DNA from: Octopus vulgaris
Taxonomy: Eukaryota
Length of the DNA stretch: 64,000 nt
Assembly: GCA_951406725.2 (NCBI GenBank)
Contig: OX597827.1
Location: 38,130,001-38,194,000, forward strand
Direction: 5' to 3'
Both the position numbers and the translations under genes were made by a program. The notes beneath the pieces were generated by a model. The model made no database searches. It saw only the letters and a program-made list of their open reading frames with translations, and was not told where the DNA came from. This document shows, in pieces, positions 10,991 through 24,523 of this stretch (positions are counted from its first letter, which is position 1; every line of letters begins with the position of its first letter).

Positions 10991-12199
10991 TTTATTTAAG
11001 GAAAAGTTTGGTAACAAAACTAAAATCAAAAAGGAAAATTTTTGTTTTTAGATTGAAACAATAAATCAGATTCATTTCTTTAAAATAATAATTTACATAT
11101 TTTATTTACAGTTGGTAAAGAAACTTTGTTTGGACAGTATGAAATCTCTGATTTTGGTTATTCTGGTCAGTATTGTATTGGTCATGTTAGATGTTTCATT
11201 TAATTATATTCTCAGTCAAATATACTTAGAAACCAAAGGAGTTCCTATCCACAATCTTGGTTATGTTTCTGACTAACATTAATAATATCTATGAGAAAAG
11301 CATGTATGTCACATCTCATTCCCTTATGAAATTTTTGGGGGACAAAAACAGTTAAAAGACATTAGTATTTATTTACTTATATGAAGCATTGTAGCTTGAT
11401 TTTATTATTACAGGTACAACATTGATTTTCTGAAAACTTTCAGATGACTGATTTTTCCAAACCAGGGGTGGTCACCTCTATATTAAACAAATATTAAATT
11501 TACTTAATTAAATGAAATATAGAGCTACCAAGTAAGCTAGTCTGGCAACTGTGAGAATTTGAAGTTCCTGTTCATAAAGCAGAGTGGATTACAAGAGGTT
11601 CTGGACCATCAGAGTCCGGAAAGTCAGTGTTGTACCTATTTAGAACTTAAATATTACAAAAGATAGGGGATGGGAGCAAGTATTTGATAATTCTTGTTTG
11701 TCACAAAGCTGGACTTCTCTCCAAACTATGTCGACATAAAAATGTTTTTCAACTAGATGTAGGGCGTTGTGTAAGATGGTGTACCAAATTCAGTGTATTA
11801 CTGGTATGTATTTTGGCACAAAGCGAAGGAAATGGGATACAATATATGACCTGGTGACTATTTTTTCAATCTGCAAGGTTGAAAGAGTCTCGATGAGATT
11901 TGAACTCAGAAAATAGATATATCTAAATATTGTCAGGTGCTTTATCCATTGTCATCAACCACTTTTATGTGTAATTCTATTTTTAAACAGATACAAGAAC
12001 ACATTTCTAGGGAGGAGTGTAATTGACTCAATTGATTCCTCCAGTAATTTATTGGTCCCAGAAGGATAAAGGGAAAATCTGTCTTGGTTGAATTTCAATG
12101 TAAAAAGTTAAATTGTTGTAACTAAATTGTCATTTCAATTTAGAGAAGTGTGGTTGATTACAGCAACCCCAGTATTTGACAAGAAATTTATTTTATCAA

Positions 12200-12657
12200 T
12201 CAAAATCAAAGTGAAATTCGATGACAGGCACCCGTGCTAGCGGGGTGCAAAGAGCACCATATGAGCGTGATCGTTGACAGAGCAGCTAACTGACTTCCGT
12301 GCCAGTGACACATAAAAGGCACCATTCGAGTGTGATCACTGCCAGAGTGGTTAACTGGCTTCGGTGCCGGTGGCATGTAAAAGGCACCATTCGAGCAGGA
12401 TCGTTACCAGTATCGCCTTACTGACACCTGTGCCGGTGACATGTGTAAAAAGATTTGAGCGAGGTCGTTGCCAGTACTGCCTGACACGTAAAAGTACCCA
12501 CTACACTCTCAGAGTGGTTGGCATTAGGAAGGGCATCCAGCTGTAGAAACTCTGCCAGATCAAGACTGGAGCCTGGTGCAGCCATCTGGTTCGCCAGCCC
12601 TCAGTCAAACTGTCCAACCCATGCTAGCATGGAAAGTGGATGTTAAACGATGATGAA
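12200..12657 (+). mobile_element. RTE-related element 3' region with internal tandem repeats
   Basis: Repeated aaaaggcaccattcgag units, then ggaagggcatccagctgtagaa...catgctagcatggaaa...gatgatga. Confidence 0.75.
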
Positions 12658-13608
12658 CCCTCGGAAGGACAATGGGCAAAGTTCATCTCAGAGGGATTTA
12701 ATTGCAAAACGTTAAACGGCTTTAACTAAATGCAGCAAAGCATTTTGTCCAACACTAAAGATTCTCCCATTCATCATCCTCTAATAATTGCTTCCAATAT
12801 AGGCACAAGGCCAGACATTTAGTTTGAGGAAACAGTTAATTATACTGCCTCCATAATACTTACCAAAAACTTTATTTTCCTTAACCACACCAAAGGATGG
12901 AAGGTAAAGTTGACACCAGGGGATTTAAACTTAGAATCTAAAAGGTTGTATTGAAACACCACAAGGTATTTTATTTGCCATGAATCCACATCCCTCTAGT
13001 ATTAAAAGTCAGTCAGAGTTCATATTTAGAATGGAGAGAGAGGAAGTTGTGACATTTAGATATATTAGCAAAGTAGGTTAAGTACTCTCTGCATAAAACT
13101 GAAACTAAACTAAAGATTAAGGTCAATCATGCACAGCTGGTGATAGGTTTATGATGTTTATGCCTTTACTAAAATCTTTGGTAGCATAAATAAAATGGCA
13201 TCATCCAGAATGTAAAAAGGTAGAATCCTAAATATCAATATGTGTATAGTGCAATGTTTGATAATATAAATAATAATTGATTTTAATGCGGGTAAGGAGG
13301 TTGTGATGTTCATGTATCTCTGAAGAATGTTGGTGTACCATCTTGTCAATAACCTCTACTAAATATGCCAAATAGATTCTGTAATCATTGGTCAGTCTTA
13401 ACCATACAAAAGTTGTGAAATTCATGCCTTACCTAAGGACAGGAAAAAAATACAACTGTGAATCAGATGATTTCTGAATTAAGCCTATTGAGATTGGGGA
13501 AAGGAAAAAGGAGTTTGTGTTATCTATTCAGAGTTTTCATAAGAGCACCAAGTCTGAACTGTTTCTGCAGAGAATTCATTTGCCAAGAAGACAGCTGTAC
13601 ATTATTTG

Positions 13609-13655
13609 TTATGATGAATTCAGGTTGTCCATTATGATATCAACTTGTTTTAGTT
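13609..13655 (-). CDS. COMMD4: COMM domain-containing protein 4, exon 9 (ELKQVDIIMDNLNSS*)
   Basis: tttctag acceptor, phase 1; matches the C-terminus ELKQAQTLM; TAA at 13611-13609. Confidence 0.85.
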
Positions 13656-15017
13656 CTAGAAATATAAAATAAACAAAAAATTCACTTTAAGAAAAATGGA
13701 AAAAAATTTTTTTTTAATTCAATCACAGTAATCATAAATATTGCTTTAAAATTAGTTTTTCCAAATTGGAAATGAGCAAATGTCATCTCATATTTGTGGC
13801 ATAATATCCAGAGACAAATCTGCCTCACTTCCTCTCATTTTGTCAACACACTTTTCATTCATCTATTATTTACATGTCCCTCTCAGTTAGCATAGTTATC
13901 TCTCCTTCATATACTGATTAATACCTTTAATGCCCTGACACTCTCTCAACTCATTTATACTGTCTCTCATAGAAGACATTATACATCCAACAGATTATAT
14001 TCAACTTCTCTCTAGTCTCCATATTCAGTGTCTATATTGTTGTTATCCCCAAATCACCCCATAACTAATGTACCTTATCTATGACTCCCACCACACTCAA
14101 TCAGCACCAGTGTATCAAGGAACTTTGTAGGGATGTGAGGCTTCCTCTAGGAGATACAAGCAAAGGCATCTACTCAATGTCTTTGAGCATAACAGACCTG
14201 GTCCTCTAGATTGGTAGATGGACAGAAGGTTAACAGGACTGCCATCTAAAAACATTAGATAGGAAGCAAAAAAACTCACTTATCTTGAGGAAAGAAAGTT
14301 CCCTGCTTCAGAAATTGATGACATCCTCTGGCTAAAGCTCTTCTGAAGTTAAAGTGCCCTCTGACATCAGGACATGAAGATGATATCTATACACAAGTAA
14401 TAGCACTCAAAACTATCTAACAATGTAAAATTTTCTTAAGTAACCAACAGGAATAAGAATCATCTCAGCAACAGACAAACAAGATGAAAAGAACTGGGAG
14501 TTACTAGAAAGACTGCATGAGAAAGGAGAACTTGGATGTCCTATGTATCACAGGAGACTGAAAGGCTGAGATGAACTGCAACTAAACCTACATTATTCAA
14601 TATACACTTTTTTAACATGGTAAAGTGAGCTATGAGAGAGATTCAGCTGTTATTTCATGAAGGTCAAGCAACCATTAACATTTAAACAGTGGGAAAGGGT
14701 TGCATGAATGTATGTACCAATTAGGCAAAAAGCAAAAAATATCTCAAGAGTAATTTTTATACATACCCACTTTAAATAAGTACAAAAACTATAATAATTG
14801 TTAGTCTTGTACAATAACATTTTCAATCTCATTAAAAAGTGTTGTAAAATATTCACTTTTTTTTTATGATGGTTGTATCTATGTAAAACTTTTGAAACAT
14901 CAATTGATAATGTCTGCTGTTTTCTATTGAAATATCAATTGATGATTTCTGCTGCTTATGGGGTAAAAGTTCAAGTATCCATCATATTCCTTTCCAAACA
15001 TAAATTACATCTTATCT

Positions 15018-15396
15018 TTTACTTGTTTAAGTCCTGAGACTGTGACCATGCTGGGACACCACTTTGAAAAATTTTTTAGTTGAATCAATCAACCCCAGTA
15101 CTTATTTTTTAAGCCTGATACTTATTCTATCAGTTTCCTTTGCCAAACCACTAAGTTATGGGGATGTAAACAACCAACACCGGTAGTCAAGCTGTGGTGG
15201 AGGACAAACACAGATATGAAGACACATATATATACAGGATAGGCTTCTTTCAGTTTTTGTCTACCAAATCCACTCACAAGGCTTTGGTTGGCTTGAGGGT
15301 ATAGCAGAAGACACTAGCTCAAGGTGTCATACAGTGGACAGAACCCAGAACCATGTGGTTGGGAAGCAAACTTCTTACCACACAGCCACGCCTGCA
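15018..15396 (-). mobile_element. tRNA-derived SINE
   Basis: Reverse complement of the SINE at 21045-21460. Confidence 0.8.
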
Positions 15397-16407
15397 TATT
15401 ATAAAAAGTTACAACCTATTTTTAGAGGATCTTGGATGTTGTCCACTAAACATATCTCTCACAATTCTTGTTAATTCCAGGTAAAATAGCTACTTCAAAA
15501 GAATAGTGGTCTCCGTACTGGCTGTAGATAAAATAGAGAAAGAACAACACATTTTACCAACTCCTTAGGTGTACTAATGGACACAGAGTAGGTTGTTTGT
15601 ATTTATTCTAGCATCACTGTTGCCATTTCAGATATAACAGTATTTTAATTTAGGTCACACTTGAACTTTGATTAGGGTTAGTAATTGTTAGAAACTTCTC
15701 TGGCTCTGAGGAAGCAAGCCAGTCTTTGCGATAGTCTTTAGTATGGTAAGGAGAGTGAGAGATGATCAGTGCTAGTGAGACCCAGCATTTGTAGCAATTA
15801 TGAGTTCTGTTGCTGGTTTTTTGTTTAATCTCTAGACAGGACAATAATGTTTTTATGATTCCTAACATGTATATACACTGATATGAAAAACTGCTAAACA
15901 TGCACGCACACACATATATTTAAACATTTTGACATCATTGTTATTATGCTTGCATGAGTCAGACAGGATTAGCTGAAGCAGCTTTTCTATAGCTGTATGT
16001 CCATCCTGTCACCAACTCTTACTTGTTTCCAAGCAAGATAATATTCTTCCATGGCCAGACATGCTTATCAAAAATGGCTGGAAACAAATAACATCATTTT
16101 TATAAAAGTGATGCTTGTTTACAATCATCATTTGAGGTCAAGGAAAAGGCACATGCATGCGTGCATATACACGCTCACACATTCACATGCGATGGGCTTC
16201 TGTGTACGATATCTATTCACATGGCTCTGATCAGTCTAGGACTTTTGTAGAAGGCTCTGACCACATGTGCTGCACAGTGGAACAGAACCCAAGACCACAT
16301 GCTTCTCAACAACACAGTCACCTCTATGCCGAATCACAAAAATATTCTCTTTAGAAAACCAGGACTTAAAAATTCAAATTTAAATAGGCTTTAATCAAAA
16401 GACTTAC

Positions 16408-16522
16408 CATTTAGAAAAACACGAAACTTTTCTGCAGACATATTAAATACAACTGGTTTTGCATTTCCTGTGTCTGGGTTTACAACTTTTAAACATATCT
16501 GTACATTTGGTTTGTTTACTGT
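16408..16522 (-). CDS. COMMD4: COMMD4 exon 8 (TVNKPNVQICLKV...MSAEKFRVFLN)
   Basis: ttccag/gtaag; matches EPMVHLRL...LSADKFQVLLA. Confidence 0.92.
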
Positions 16523-16829
16523 CTGGAAAAGAATTCAAGAACATTGAAATAACAAAAACTGACCAGCTGTTGTTATTGCTTCTCCTCATGTACAGCAATG
16601 GCTATAGTATGAAGAATAAGGAGGGTTTAAGACTCTTGCCGCTTTTTAATGCAACCAACATAATTTGCAACACACTTTAAGAAACCAGCCAGTCGTCTCA
16701 TCACCAACAAATCAAGTGAGATTGGTTTCATCCTCACAAGGAAATATGAGAGGCAAGCCACTGTAAATATGAAATCCTTTCCTGGTAAAAAATGCACTCT
16801 CCAACATAAGATATTGGCTGATGACATCA

Positions 16830-17460
16830 GAGTCAGAGCTAGACAAACTCAGAGACAGAAGACATGGAACCTGTAGTTAGCTATAGGTTTGAAGAAATAC
16901 AACAAGATCTAGGGAGGCAAAGCTAGGTCCTTATAGCATAGATGATGACCATGAGTTCCCATGAGATAACCTTCTCAGGGTTACAAATCAGACACGTGAC
17001 CAAATCAAAGTTCCAGCTAGATCGAATATTGTGGTGGAACGACATGGTATATAGAGTTGTAAAGAATGTAGAAATTGAGAGAATTATCAAGTAGCTGAAA
17101 GAGAAACTCAGGGTGAACCAGAAAGGAAGAGATGTGCACATATTCTGCATATTCTGAGGATCACAGGTTGAGGTGTTCAGTATCACAAGAGAGTGAGTAA
17201 GTCAGAAGGAAGCTAGATGTCATCAGAGAATATTATATCCAAAATGATGAAAGCACACTTGTTACTTCTAATGACATGGAAGTGCTACCATGATAGGTTG
17301 TTGAATGAGCAGAATGCATAGGATAAATAAGGTTTACCTCATGCTAACTCAACAGAGTGAGCAGCAATTCAAACTGACAACAATGTGACGGAAAGACAAA
17401 GTACTAGAGTCAATATAACTGACTAAGGTCTTGAAATTAGTATGAAGGTTAGTTGCAGTT
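16830..17460 (+). mobile_element. Highly degenerate RTE-LINE remnant
   Basis: WKCYHDRLLNEQNA resembles the RTE linker WK..F..LLNEEN.W; many stops. Confidence 0.4.
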
Positions 17461-17765
17461 TATGAAATGAAACTAGTAAGGGACAAAAAAATATTCAAAA
17501 CATTATACTTCAGAGTCCTTAATATTACCACATCACTTGAGAGAAATATCTAGACCAAGAAAATTTCACAGTTAAGTAGTATGTAATACAAACATATTAA
17601 CAAAAAATTTAATACATAGAAAGAGTGATTTGAAAAAAAAATATTAGTTCAATTTTATATTATAGTATCAATAAACAGTCATGATATATTGAAATCCAAC
17701 ATTTGTAAATAGCTGAATAATAAAAAAACTTTTAAATTACTATATTATATGTTTTAATGTCTTAC

Positions 17766-17827
17766 CTTTAGTGATTTCGAACTGATAACATAATCAACCC
17801 GCCACTGAACTGAGTTCATATGTGATA
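17766..17827 (-). CDS. COMMD4: COMMD4 exon 7 (SHMNSVQWRVDYVISSKSLK)
   Basis: tttag/gtaag; COMM domain WRVD motif. Confidence 0.93.
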
Positions 17828-18479
17828 CTAAATTAAAAAAGAAACATAAAGAATTAATATATTTGTATACTTGCTGTAAGCCTAATTTCCTCCAATAAAG
17901 GAGGAATATGTAATGATTATTATTTTTAACTTGTTTCGCTGGAGGCCATCCATGGATTTACAATCTAGAATTGTGATGAACTGTGATGCCATAAGTATAC
18001 CAGGTATGCCAACAGAGAGCTTATGAAATATTTTGCCTGGATTGATAATCCCTCACTATTAGCTATATATGTATGTATATCAATATCACACCAACACAAA
18101 TACATACATATACACACACATATATATAAACACATACACACATATGCATACATACATAGCTTGCCAGCTGCGATATAAAAAAAATATTGATGATGTCAAA
18201 ACTAAGTTGGTAACTCTCGCTCTCCACTAAACATGAAATTTTAAAATTTGTGTGTGTGTCTGTGTGTGCGTGTGTATGTGTGTGGAATTATGTGTGTGTG
18301 TGCATGGTTAGTTGAATCATAATGTATACCTGTTTGATAATGCACATTATTACATCAACCAATCACTGAGTTTTTAAAACAACTGTAAGGATTTATCAAA
18401 GACTGTCATTTTTTTTCTTAATTATAATTCTGCTGATTTAATATCTTTATAAATGACCTGATGTCATATATAACTGCTT

Positions 18480-18872
18480 GGGTATGTGGTAAGAAGCTTG
18501 TTTCCCAACCACATGGTTCAGGACTCAGTCTCAGTGCAAGCACCTTGAGCAAGTGTTTTATATTATAGCCTTGGGCTGACCAAAACCTTGCGAGTGGATT
18601 TGGTAGATGGAAACTGAAAGAAGTCTGTTGTATATATGTACATATATGTGTGTGTGTGTGTCTTTGTGTCTGTCCTCACTACCACCACCACCACTTGACA
18701 ATCAGTGCTGGTGTGTTTATGACCCCATAACTTAGTGGTTTGGCAAGAGATCGACAGAATAAGTACCAGTCTTTAAAAAATAAGTACTGGGGTCAATACA
18801 TTTGACTAAAAATTCTTTGAGATGGTGTCCCAGTATGGCCACAATCTAGTGACTGAAACCAGCGAAAGATAT
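18480..18872 (+). mobile_element. tRNA-derived SINE
   Basis: Diverged copy of the family at 21045-21460. Confidence 0.75.
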
Positions 18873-19282
18873 ATAGTTGATATTATAAGAATTTAGAAAC
18901 TTTGAGAGAATGTAAAATAATTCTTTTTCAGAATGATTTTGAACAAATAGGGTGTGTATACACACAATAACACTTGGTAACAAATACACTGAGTATTATC
19001 AACATAACAAGTGAGCAAAATAAGGTTCACCTCAATTGTTCTGTATAGACTATGTGTTGAGTCAGTCAGCCTAAAATTTAAAGTTTGTAAGTTAGTGGAT
19101 ATTAGTTGATACTTTTTCAACTATTGTACTTAAAATGTACTTAGCAGACCCAAGTCCTTATTTTTATCTCAGCATTTTACCCTGACAATATAATAAGTAG
19201 CACACAATTTCTATTGATTTAATGTGCTTTAGCTAGCATACTAACTAGAATATGTGAGAACTACTAAATATTTTATACTTAC

Positions 19283-19363
19283 TTCGTAAACTTTGTTTGC
19301 GTAACTGTTCCTGAAACTTGGTTACATTATCACCATAGAGTTTACAAAGTGGTGTAGAATGTT
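19283..19363 (-). CDS. COMMD4: COMMD4 exon 6 (EHSTPLCKLYGDNVTKFQEQLRKQSLR)
   Basis: ttccag/gtaag; matches EHAASLCRCY...LRVCSLR. Confidence 0.92.
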
Positions 19364-20279
19364 CTGGAATGATATATAAGATAGGTATTCAAAAATGCAT
19401 TAAATAGTATCTAAAACACAATCATCACTATCATTACATATAGGCTAGACGGTTTTACAGGATCCAATGTGTACAAGGACCATGCTGTCTTCTAGTGTCT
19501 GCTACGGCATAGTTTCTATGGCTGGATAACCTTCCTAACACCAACCACTTTAAAATGTGTACTGAGTGCATGGTGAGGTCACAAAACTACAGGACCTGTG
19601 GTAATGGTGATGGTGGGTGTCGTGTATGGAAGAAAATGAGGGGTTAAAGTATGAAGGAAAGGGAGAAGGGAGAGGCAAATATGTTCTTGTAGAGGAGCAA
19701 CATGGTTACTCAACTTTAAGAACGAGAATGAGAATGATTAGAAGGAGCAGCAAGTCTGGGTGTTTCCTAAATGTACAAGGTAAGTAGAAGTGTGTTGAGA
19801 TAGAGTGTGAGCAGGTTGGGATTTGTAAGAGTGTACGGTGAAACCAGAGATTGGGAGATGGGAAATAGGTAACAACTTAAAAGATTGGGTAAGACTAAAG
19901 GGTGGCTGTAAGGAGTAATGGATGACCAATGATGAATGAGTTGGGGAAGGCACAGGGCTGTTGAAGAGAGTGGGAAAGAGCAGCAGGACAGCAATGGTGA
20001 TAGTAATGACAATACAGTTGACAGGAGAAGGATAAGAGAGAGATATGGTTGGGTAGGCTAAGAAGTGGGTGAGAGTGCAGATGTAACACATGAGGTGGTA
20101 ATGAATCACTAACATGTGAGTGAGGAGAACAATAATTTAATGGATGAAGAATGTTTAACAGGTGTTAACAGGTAACATAAAAAATAGGATGGTCTAAAAG
20201 GGGGATTTCCAGAAGAGATTGGACAAGGTATCTCTTTGTGCATATACATGTACACACTGCTTCTAGAAGTTAGTTTCGC

Positions 20280-20660
20280 AAAGGTGGGCAGATCTTCCTG
20301 AGAACCTAATATCACTAGACATCCTGGTCCTCTGAGGCTCAGGGTCCAGAGATCAGTCTTCATCATTTTGTCCCACATTTTCCTGGGTCCCCTTCTTTTA
20401 TAAGCTCCAAACATATTAAGCAACCAGCATTTCTTTACACAGCTGTATAACTCTTACAAACCATTCATCAACACCTAGTTTTCTCAAAGACCACCAAATT
20501 ACTTAGCATGGTACTCTGTCAAACAAATTCTCCACATTATCAAAAGCTAAGAATAGTAGTTTATTCTTAGCCAGTAATTACTCCTGCATTGTCTCACTTG
20601 GAAGATTGCATTTGTGATGCCTCTTCTGGGAACAAAACCAAACTGCATTTCATCAAGATA
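20280..20660 (-). mobile_element. Degenerate RTE-LINE fragments
   Basis: RRGPRKMWDKMMKTDL matches the RTE C-terminus GRPRKTWD. Confidence 0.55.
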
Positions 20661-21044
20661 CATTATGTCATGAATTAATTGTACTTGCTAATGATAAGAA
20701 GTATTGATACAATATTTCAGAATAGTTAAGGTGAAGAAGTCATTCATTACCTGCAAACTCATTACACACATCCCTAGAGACAAATAGATTAACTAAGGGT
20801 ATTAAACAATGATCTAAATTTAAGATAGTACAAGACAAAAATACTTCGTTCTGACTATTTGTGGAATGAATGCCGACCTTCAGAAGTAAACTAACCTTGG
20901 GAAATATAGGAACACATTGCAGTGAAAAACTATACAATGATTGAATAGAGAACACTGTAATGAAACACACTATACTTTCATTAAAGGAAGCCTCCACATG
21001 GCTGTTCAAGCTGCTAGAAATTGTAGCTAAATTTTCCTCAAATA

Positions 21045-21460
21045 GGCGCAGGAGTGGCTGCGTGGTAAGTAGCGTGTTTACCAACCACATGGTTCCAGGT
21101 TCAGTCCCACTGCATGGCACCTTGGGCAAGTGTCTTCTATAGCCTCGGGCCGACCAAAGCCTTGTAAGTGTATTTGGTAGACGGAAACTGAAAGAAGCCC
21201 GTCATATATATGTATATATATTATATATATATATATGTATGTGCATGTGTGTGTATTTGTGTGCCTGTGTTTGTCCCCCTAGTATTGCTTGACAACCGAT
21301 GCTGGTGTCTTTATGTCCCCGTAACTTAGCGGTTCGGCAAAAGAGACCGATAGAATAAGTACCGGGCTTACAAAGAATAAGTCCCGGGTTCGAGTTGCTC
21401 GATTAAAGGCGGTGCTCCAGCATGGCCACAGTCAAATGACTGAAACAAGTAAAAGAGTAA
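21045..21460 (+). mobile_element. tRNA-derived SINE, near full length, with internal (TA)n/(TG)n
   Basis: tRNA-like head (ggagtggctgcgtggtaag...ggttcagtcccac), conserved body, 3' end tgactgaaacaagtaaaagag; multiple copies in the window. Confidence 0.85.
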
Positions 21461-22185
21461 ATCACATACCCTCTTAGAAATGTGCATTATGTCTGAGAAA
21501 AAACAAGGGATGGTTAGGATTGAAATATCATTGAACATAGACTTGTTTGATTAGAGTTGATCTGCAGCTACACAATCATACTACACAACCATACCTCACA
21601 CTTTCTCACTAAGAACCTATACATGCTTGCTCAACCTGCTAGAAATAGCAGCCAAATCTCCCTTAAATTACACTTCACTGACATAGATAATTCAGCCTTA
21701 GCCATATCATGCTTGGAAAAATTGAGGACAGTCAGGCTTTCCTGGGTGGGACGACCTGGAAATGAATGACAACAACACTATACTAGACAAAACAACATTA
21801 TACCAGAATATGTACAGATTGTGTTACTGTAATATGCACTTTTTCTGTATAAAAGTGGCTATGTGATTGAGAAAACTTGCTACCCAACAAGGTGGTCTTG
21901 AGTTCTATTATAGCTATAATCTTCTACTATAGCCTTGGGCCAACAAAAGCCTCATGAGTGGATTTAGTGGACAGAAACTGGAAGAAACCCATTGTGTTTG
22001 TACAGCTTGACAACTGGTGTTGGTGTGTTTACATCCTTGTAACTTAGCCATTCAGCAAAAGAGACAGATATAATAAATACCAAGCTTTAAAAAAGTAGTG
22101 CAGTAAATTTGTTTGATTAAACTTCTTCAAGGCAGTGCCAGCATGGCCACCATTTAATGACCAAAGCAAATAGAAGATAAAAGAG

Positions 22186-22214
<29 letters not shown>

Positions 22215-22222
<8 letters not shown>

Positions 22223-22418
22223 ATGTTACATTACTCGGTAGTCAAGATAAAACTCTGAGTTTCAGCTGCCGAAGTGGAAATCCACAACACCATCTCTTCG
22301 GTTATCTGGCTATTTTCAAATAGCCAGATAACCGAAGAGATGGTGTTGTGGATTTCCACTTCGGCATCTGAAACTCAGAGTTTTATCTTGACTACCGAGT
22401 AATGTAACATATTGTATA
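22215..22418. repeat. Near-perfect palindrome (101-bp arms, 2-nt loop, one mismatch), probably a Penelope-type terminal repeat
   Basis: 22215-22315 is the reverse complement of 22318-22418; the insert sits between (TA)n tracts. Confidence 0.92.
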
Positions 22419-22594
22419 GATAAATTTCCTCTATTTACATAATATTGAGGTCTCTTTCTTTCTTTTGTTATCTTACCGTTTTATCAATATATATATATAT
22501 ATATATATGTAGGTCCTGGGTTGAGTCGGGGTTAACCACAGTAAATAAGGTACTCAATACATAGCAGAATAAAATTAATTTATTATATAGAAGG

Positions 22595-22645
22595 AGCTTC
22601 TACAGGACTAGAACTGTTTCATTCAAAAGAAATCATCAGGAAGCT
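22595..22645 (-). ncRNA. Type I hammerhead ribozyme (Penelope pLTR)
   Basis: Minus strand: agcttc CTGATGA tttcttttgaat GAAA cag ttctagtc ctg TA gaagct; stems I and III pair; GUA cleavage triplet. Confidence 0.78.
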
Positions 22646-22864
22646 AGTTGACAAGAGTTGTTTTGGCATTTATACATTTAGGCAGGTTTAAAGGGGTGGT
22701 GGGTGGGGGACTTTTTGGGGGTAGGCATGGCGCAAAACTATCATTCTTAGGGGAGTGGTCAAAGGAATCGGTGGTAAAGTAGATAAAAGAATAAATAGAA
22801 AAATAGAGTTTTAGGTAAATAAGGAGACTCTCACTTATACATATACATATATACCCACATATTC

Positions 22865-22921
<57 letters not shown>

Positions 22922-23036
22922 CATACACACACATACATACATATATGCACACACATGTCCATATACACACACATATACACATATGTGTACATATACATAC
23001 ACATACACACATATGCATACACATACAAACCCATAC

Positions 23037-23097
<61 letters not shown>

Positions 23098-23956
23098 CAT
23101 ATGTATATACATATATATACACACACACACACACACATACATATACACACTCGCACATATATATACATACATACACATGCATATACATGCACACACATAC
23201 ACACACAATTTTATTCCCTTATTTTAATTTTATTATTACTTTTGTTATCTTATTTTTATCTTGACCTCAGTCAGCCATCCCGGGCTATTGTCCCAAAGGA
23301 TGGTCAAAGTCCATTTATCTTTCTACTAACTGATACGAACACAAACACTCACTCACGCACACACACTCACATGTACACTCATACACATACACACACGCAC
23401 GTGTTATATTCATACATACATACATCTACATACATTCACGTATATACACATACGTACGCGTACCTACAGATTCATATCTACACGCATACACATACATACC
23501 TCAATACACCCACAGAAGACTAGTCCATACATATACACTAATAAATATATATACACATATACATATACACATACATATATATATACATATATATACATAT
23601 ACACATATATACACATATACATACATATATACACATACACACATATATATATGCATACACATACACACACACACACACGCGCATCTATATATACACATAA
23701 GTACATACATGCATAAATGTATACATATGTTTATACATATGCATACACATACACACACACACGCGCCTCCTTATATTCATATACATACATGCATACTCAA
23801 ATAATAAATAAGTATATATACGTGCAGTTACCCATTATACAGACGGATACATACATATAAACTTACACATATATACCTATTTACACATATGTATATATAC
23901 ATACATACATACACACATAACTCTACATACCTACATATACATAAACACACAAGCGT

Positions 23957-23993
<37 letters not shown>

Positions 23994-24080
23994 TATACAT
24001 ATATACACACACATACACACATATATACACATACACACACATTCACATATATATATACACACACATTCACATATATATAT

Positions 24081-24121
<41 letters not shown>

Positions 24122-24442
24122 AGTACATACATGCATAAATGCATACATATGTCTATACAAGTGCAAACACATACACACACTCACGCGCCACCTTATATAC
24201 ATAAATACATACATGCATACAAACGCATACTCAAGTAATAAATAATAAATAATAAATATATATACATGCAGTTACCCTTTATACATACGGAAACATACAT
24301 ATAAACATACACATATATACCTATTTACACATATGTATATATACATACATACATGCACATACACATAACTCTACATACCTACATATACATAAACACACAA
24401 GCGTACACATATATATATATACATATATATACATACATACGC

Positions 24443-24473
<31 letters not shown>

Positions 24474-24492
24474 CATACACATACATACACAT

Positions 24493-24523
<31 letters not shown>

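Noticed and set aside
13425-13450. AG/GTAAG recursive-splice-like motif on the minus strand
   Set aside because: It lies in the COMMD4 3' UTR just after the stop with no supporting upstream donor; likely chance.
19738-20115. Several overlapping minus-strand ORFs
   Set aside because: They come from a purine-rich low-complexity tract with no recognisable motif or splice support.
21045-21125. tRNA gene
   Set aside because: It is the tRNA-like head of a multi-copy SINE, and no convincing cloverleaf could be folded.
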